Translations under genes and position numbers: made by a program
IMG/VR virus record: IMGVR_UViG_3300047323_000304
Location: 1 to 64,000 of that record
Reading direction: 5' to 3' (one strand)
Length of the DNA: 64,000 bases
Origin: a virus
Notes under the pieces: model-generated
Told to the model about the DNA's origin: nothing
Seen by the model: only the letters and a program-made list of their open reading frames with translations
Databases searched by the model: none
Shown here: positions 60,605 through 64,000 of the stretch, piece by piece
Layout of the letters: every line of letters begins with the position of its first letter
How positions within the stretch are numbered: the stretch's first letter is position 1

Positions 60605-60968
60605 CATAAATATAATAAATAAAAGTAGGTTGGTAACACGTGGGTATTACTCTCCTACTTTCATATTATGTACTTATGCAATTTAGTACTAATTATTTAT
60701 TATAACATATATTATTTGTAATTACCATAGCACAGAATATTTAATTTTTACTCAAAATTATATTAAACGTTAATTTACTAGACTAATTTGATTTTAAAAT
60801 TTAAAAAATTGTCAGAATTGAAGTCCCAAGTAGCTTTAAAAAATGAACAAGTAAAATTGCTTCGTTGCATATGGAGTTGCACTTCGTCGGTTTAAATATG
60901 GGTGACTGGAACGAACGATGGCGAACGCAAGATGTAAAAATTACTACTTTACTTTGAGTTAAGGAAAT

Positions 60969-60977
60969 TGTGGATAA
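60969..60977 (-). promoter_or_regulatory. Perfect DnaA box
   Basis: TGTGGATAA equals TTATCCACA on the - strand. Confidence 0.45.
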
Positions 60978-60980
60978 ATA

Positions 60981-61008
60981 ATCTGACATAAGTAATATTA
61001 TGTGATAT
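60981..61008. other. dif/Xer-like recombination site
   Basis: ATCTGACATAA-GTAATA-TTATGTGATAT: 11-6-11 geometry, arms 9/11 inverted, TTATGT core. Confidence 0.55.
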
Positions 61009-61040
61009 TTATAAATTATATGATATAATATCTATATGAG

Positions 61041-61877
61041 GTGATTTTATTGAATACCATAAAACAATTTCAGGAGTTTTTATTAGAAAAAGATAAGAGT
61101 TCCAAAACAATTGAAGCCTATGTCAGAGATATTTATCAATTTTACAAATATTTAAGAACTAATAATATTAAAGAAATTCATAATGATACTTTGAAAAGCT
61201 ACAAGAACTATTTATTACATGAACGATTTCTTACTGCTACTACTGTTAATAGAAAATTAGTTGCATTACATCAATATTTATCTTTTAATGAAATTTCAGC
61301 CACAACTAATATTGTAAAAATTCAATCTCAAAACTTTTTAGAAAATGTATTAGATAAATCCGAAGTAGATAGAATGGTAGACATAGCTAAAAGTAAAAAA
61401 GATTTAAGAGCAGTTGCTTTATTTAAAACATTATCTAATACAGGAATGAGAATATCTGAAGCACTATCCTTAACTATTAATGATATACATAAAGATTCTG
61501 TAGAAATAATTGGTAAGGGAAATAAAAGAAGAATGGTATTTGTACCAAAATCATTAAATAAGATTTGGTTACAATATTGTAGAACTGGAAGGTATAAAAC
61601 TACATTAGACTATTTATTTGTAACTCAAAAAGGTAAAATGACAAGAGAAACGGCAGATAAAATAGTAAAAAAGTATGGTGATTTGTGTAATATACCTATA
61701 GAAAAATGCCATTGTCACAGTTTTAGACATATGTATTGTAAGCGTCTAGGTGATAATCCCAATATAACAATTGATATTATAGCTGATTTAGCTGGACATC
61801 AAGATATTTCTGTTACACGTAGATATTTAAGAAAGAGTAAAAGTGAATTACTTAGTATTATAGAAGATTTAGATTAA
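61041..61877 (+). CDS. XerC/D-like tyrosine recombinase
   Basis: TGMRISE, GKGNK, HSFRH, AGHQ, TRRY; 278 aa with no arm-binding domain. Confidence 0.92.
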   Translation: MILLNTIKQFQEFLLEKDKSSKTIEAYVRDIYQFYKYLRTNNIKEIHNDTLKSYKNYLLHERFLTATTVNRKLVALHQYLSFNEISATTNIVKIQSQNFLENVLDKSEVDRMVDIAKSKKDLRAVALFKTLSNTGMRISEALSLTINDIHKDSVEIIGKGNKRRMVFVPKSLNKIWLQYCRTGRYKTTLDYLFVTQKGKMTRETADKIVKKYGDLCNIPIEKCHCHSFRHMYCKRLGDNPNITIDIIADLAGHQDISVTRRYLRKSKSELLSIIEDLD

Positions 61878-61965
61878 TTAAAATTGAATATATTAATTAC
61901 TGAAGGTTTGTAATTGTACAAGCCTTTTTTGTTGCGTGAAAATATAATTTGAAAGGAATGAAAAA

Positions 61966-62079
61966 ATGGAAGATTTAAGACAAAAGAATGAAATCATAGT
62001 TGAGTTTACTGAAGATAACTTAGATAGATTTTTAAATGAATATTATAAAACTCATAGAAAAGGAGGGATTTATGAATGA
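61966..62079 (+). CDS. 37-aa ORF, possibly a truncated gene (not in ORF track)
   Basis: GAAAGGA SD; stop overlaps the ATG of the HNH gene (ATGA). Confidence 0.45.
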   Translation: MEDLRQKNEIIVEFTEDNLDRFLNEYYKTHRKGGIYE

Positions 62080-63113
62080 CATTGAGAAGTAAATTAGAAG
62101 AAGTAAGAAAAGGATTTAAAAATATGGGATTAACTTTAATTGCTGATGAATATATAAATAATACTCAAAAGCTCTTATGTATTGATAAAGATGGTTATAA
62201 GTTAATATGTACAACAGTGAATTTAAATAGAAATACATATCCTTCACCATTTACTAGTAGCAATCCATATGTAATAAATAATATAAATAATTATTTAAAA
62301 TTATCTGGCAGAAACAAAGTTGTAAAATTACTCAGTGCGAATTATGCAAATGTAAATTCTAAATTGAAATTTATTTGTTTAATAGATGGCTATGAATTTG
62401 AAGCTACATGGAGAAGTTTTTATTATCAAAATAATGGATGCCCTAAATGTGGAACTACCCTAAAATTTACATTAGAATCAATAAAAAATGATATCAAAAA
62501 TATTAATTCACATATAAAAATTATATCAAATGAATATATAAATTCTGAAACAGATTTAGAGTGTTATTGTACTAAGCATGAGTCAATATTTTATAGTAAA
62601 TGGAGAGAACTAAAAAGAGGACATATTGGATGTAAAAAGTGTCAGCATGAAAAATTTAGTGAGAATACATATTTTAGAGGACTTCATCTATGTGGAGAAA
62701 AAAGCCCTTCGTGGAAAGGTGGTATATCGCCATTATCTAGTCACTTAAGAGATAAAATAAAACAATGGAAACAAGCCAGTTTAAAAAAATATGATTATAA
62801 GTGTGATATAACAGGTAGTAATAAAAACTTGATAATTCATCATTTACATAATTTCAGTGATATATTACGAGAAACAATGGAAATTTTAGAATTGCCAATC
62901 TATCAAGAAGTTAATAAATATACTGATGAAGAATTAAAACTAATAGAAGATACATGTTTAGAACTACATTATAAGTATGGATTAGGTGTTTGTTTATGTG
63001 AAGAAATACATAATGAATTTCATAAAATATATGGAAAATATAATAATACAAAAGAACAATATGAGGAATTCAAAAAAGATGAATTAGAAGAAATGGAGGT
63101 AATAATTAAATGA
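62076..63113 (+). CDS. HNH homing endonuclease with Zn-finger repeats
   Basis: Repeated EYIN...C..H/GCPKC units; KCDITG..LIIHHL...LCEEIHNEFH. Confidence 0.85.
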   Translation: MTLRSKLEEVRKGFKNMGLTLIADEYINNTQKLLCIDKDGYKLICTTVNLNRNTYPSPFTSSNPYVINNINNYLKLSGRNKVVKLLSANYANVNSKLKFICLIDGYEFEATWRSFYYQNNGCPKCGTTLKFTLESIKNDIKNINSHIKIISNEYINSETDLECYCTKHESIFYSKWRELKRGHIGCKKCQHEKFSENTYFRGLHLCGEKSPSWKGGISPLSSHLRDKIKQWKQASLKKYDYKCDITGSNKNLIIHHLHNFSDILRETMEILELPIYQEVNKYTDEELKLIEDTCLELHYKYGLGVCLCEEIHNEFHKIYGKYNNTKEQYEEFKKDELEEMEVIIK

Positions 63114-63694
63114 ATAATAATAAACAATTAAAATTAGTATGTGACGACTTTATATCTGTTAATCACTATATGAGTTATAGAGTGACTGGTAGAATTGTAA
63201 TGGCATATAAACCAAAAGAAACAAAAGACTTTGAAAAGAAGTTTGGTAAATATGTTAAAGAAGAAATGGACAAGCAAGGATGGTCTAAACCACCTTTAGG
63301 TAAATTCGTAAACCTTGATACTATATTTTACTTCCCTAGGATTGATATGGATGCACAGAATTATTTTAAATCTATATGTGACATAATGACTAATGTTGCC
63401 ACATATGAAGATGACAATATAGTTATGGAACGTGTAAATAGAATATATTATGATTCTAAGAAACCTAGAATTGAGTTAGTTTTAACCTTATCAGAATATG
63501 TTGGTATATTTGATAACGATAATGACTACGAAGAATTTAAATCTAAGTGTGATAATTGCTCTAGATTTAAAGAAGGAAAATGTAGTATACATAAAAAAGC
63601 TTTAGAATCAAGAATACAAGATGAAATTGTATTTATTGATAATAAATGGAACTGTGAGAAATTCACTGAAAAGAAGGTGAAGAAATCTAAATAA
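63110..63694 (+). CDS. rusA: RusA family Holliday junction resolvase
   Basis: ISVNHY, DMDAQNYFKSICD, YEDDN, PRIEL. Confidence 0.8.
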   Translation: MNNNKQLKLVCDDFISVNHYMSYRVTGRIVMAYKPKETKDFEKKFGKYVKEEMDKQGWSKPPLGKFVNLDTIFYFPRIDMDAQNYFKSICDIMTNVATYEDDNIVMERVNRIYYDSKKPRIELVLTLSEYVGIFDNDNDYEEFKSKCDNCSRFKEGKCSIHKKALESRIQDEIVFIDNKWNCEKFTEKKVKKSK

Positions 63695-63751
63695 TAGATG
63701 AGATCAATAAAAATAAAATAAATTAAAACAACTTAGAAAGGATGCGATTTA

Positions 63752-64000
63752 ATGTCAAGAAAAACATTTAGAAAAGTGATTACTTCAGACGAATATATAG
63801 AGCAAATAAATCCTAAAAATAAAAAACTTATGGAGAGATTTTTAAAAAATAAGAATGCAAAATGTAGTGATTTAACAATTAAAAATTACAAAAGTGATTT
63901 AAATATATTCTTTTGTTATAACCTAGTAAATAATGATAACAAACATTTTATAGACTTAAAGAAAATAGAATTATCAGAGTTTTTCGATTATGGATTACTA
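63752..64000 (+). CDS. Tyrosine recombinase N-terminus (3'-partial)
   Basis: SD GAAAGGA; LMERFL..SDLTIKNYKSDLNIFF SAM-like integrase N-terminal domain. Confidence 0.7.
   Translation, partial: MSRKTFRKVITSDEYIEQINPKNKKLMERFLKNKNAKCSDLTIKNYKSDLNIFFCYNLVNNDNKHFIDLKKIELSEFFDYGLL

Noticed and set aside
2459-60989. Numerous minus-strand ORFs in the track (for example 3395, 8213, 40206, 54405, 60801)
   Set aside because: Shadows of long + strand genes or without SD, with no recognisable motifs
60808-60990. Invertible switch flanked by TGTCAGA/TCTGACA next to the recombinase
   Set aside because: Only 7 bp of inverted identity and the left copy lacks a partner arm; at most a half-site
1-64000. CRISPR array, rRNA, tRNA, IS transposase, alternative genetic code
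   Set aside because: No regularly spaced repeat-spacer units, RNA gene signatures or transposase motifs seen; genes are intact under the standard code

Overview
The whole window is phage DNA: the virion-morphogenesis and lysis arm of a large, very AT-rich siphophage or prophage with SPbeta-like gene order. A Clostridium host is inferred from the cell-wall-binding repeats, the cohesin protein and sigmaA/SD usage. Order on the + strand: terminase small (5'-partial) and large subunits, portal, protease/scaffold, head decoration, major capsid, neck genes, major tail, tape measure (about 1870 aa), Dit, Tal, BppU, an SGNH/beta-helix tail fibre, amidase and holin. After lysis come a BRO-RusA/wHTH/iteron module, a depolymerase plus O-acetyltransferase pair, a 10 kb operon of fibre-like and propeller-like proteins, two tyrosine recombinases, an HNH nuclease and RusA. 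The structural operon is repeatedly interrupted by morons with their own promoters and terminators. No tRNA, rRNA, CRISPR array, reverse transcriptase or host housekeeping gene was seen. The most notable signals are non-coding: (1) a three-way-junction leader with alternative pseudoknots and compensatory changes, found upstream of two paralogous endonucleases; (2) a duplicated three-promoter repressor/antisense switch; (3) two unannotated type I toxin-antitoxin candidates, one with par/Fst-like direct-repeat architecture and an ATA start; (4) an 11-mer recurring upstream of RBSs; (5) a dif-like site beside a DnaA box in front of a recombinase. All protein assignments come from motif recognition by eye, not database searches.
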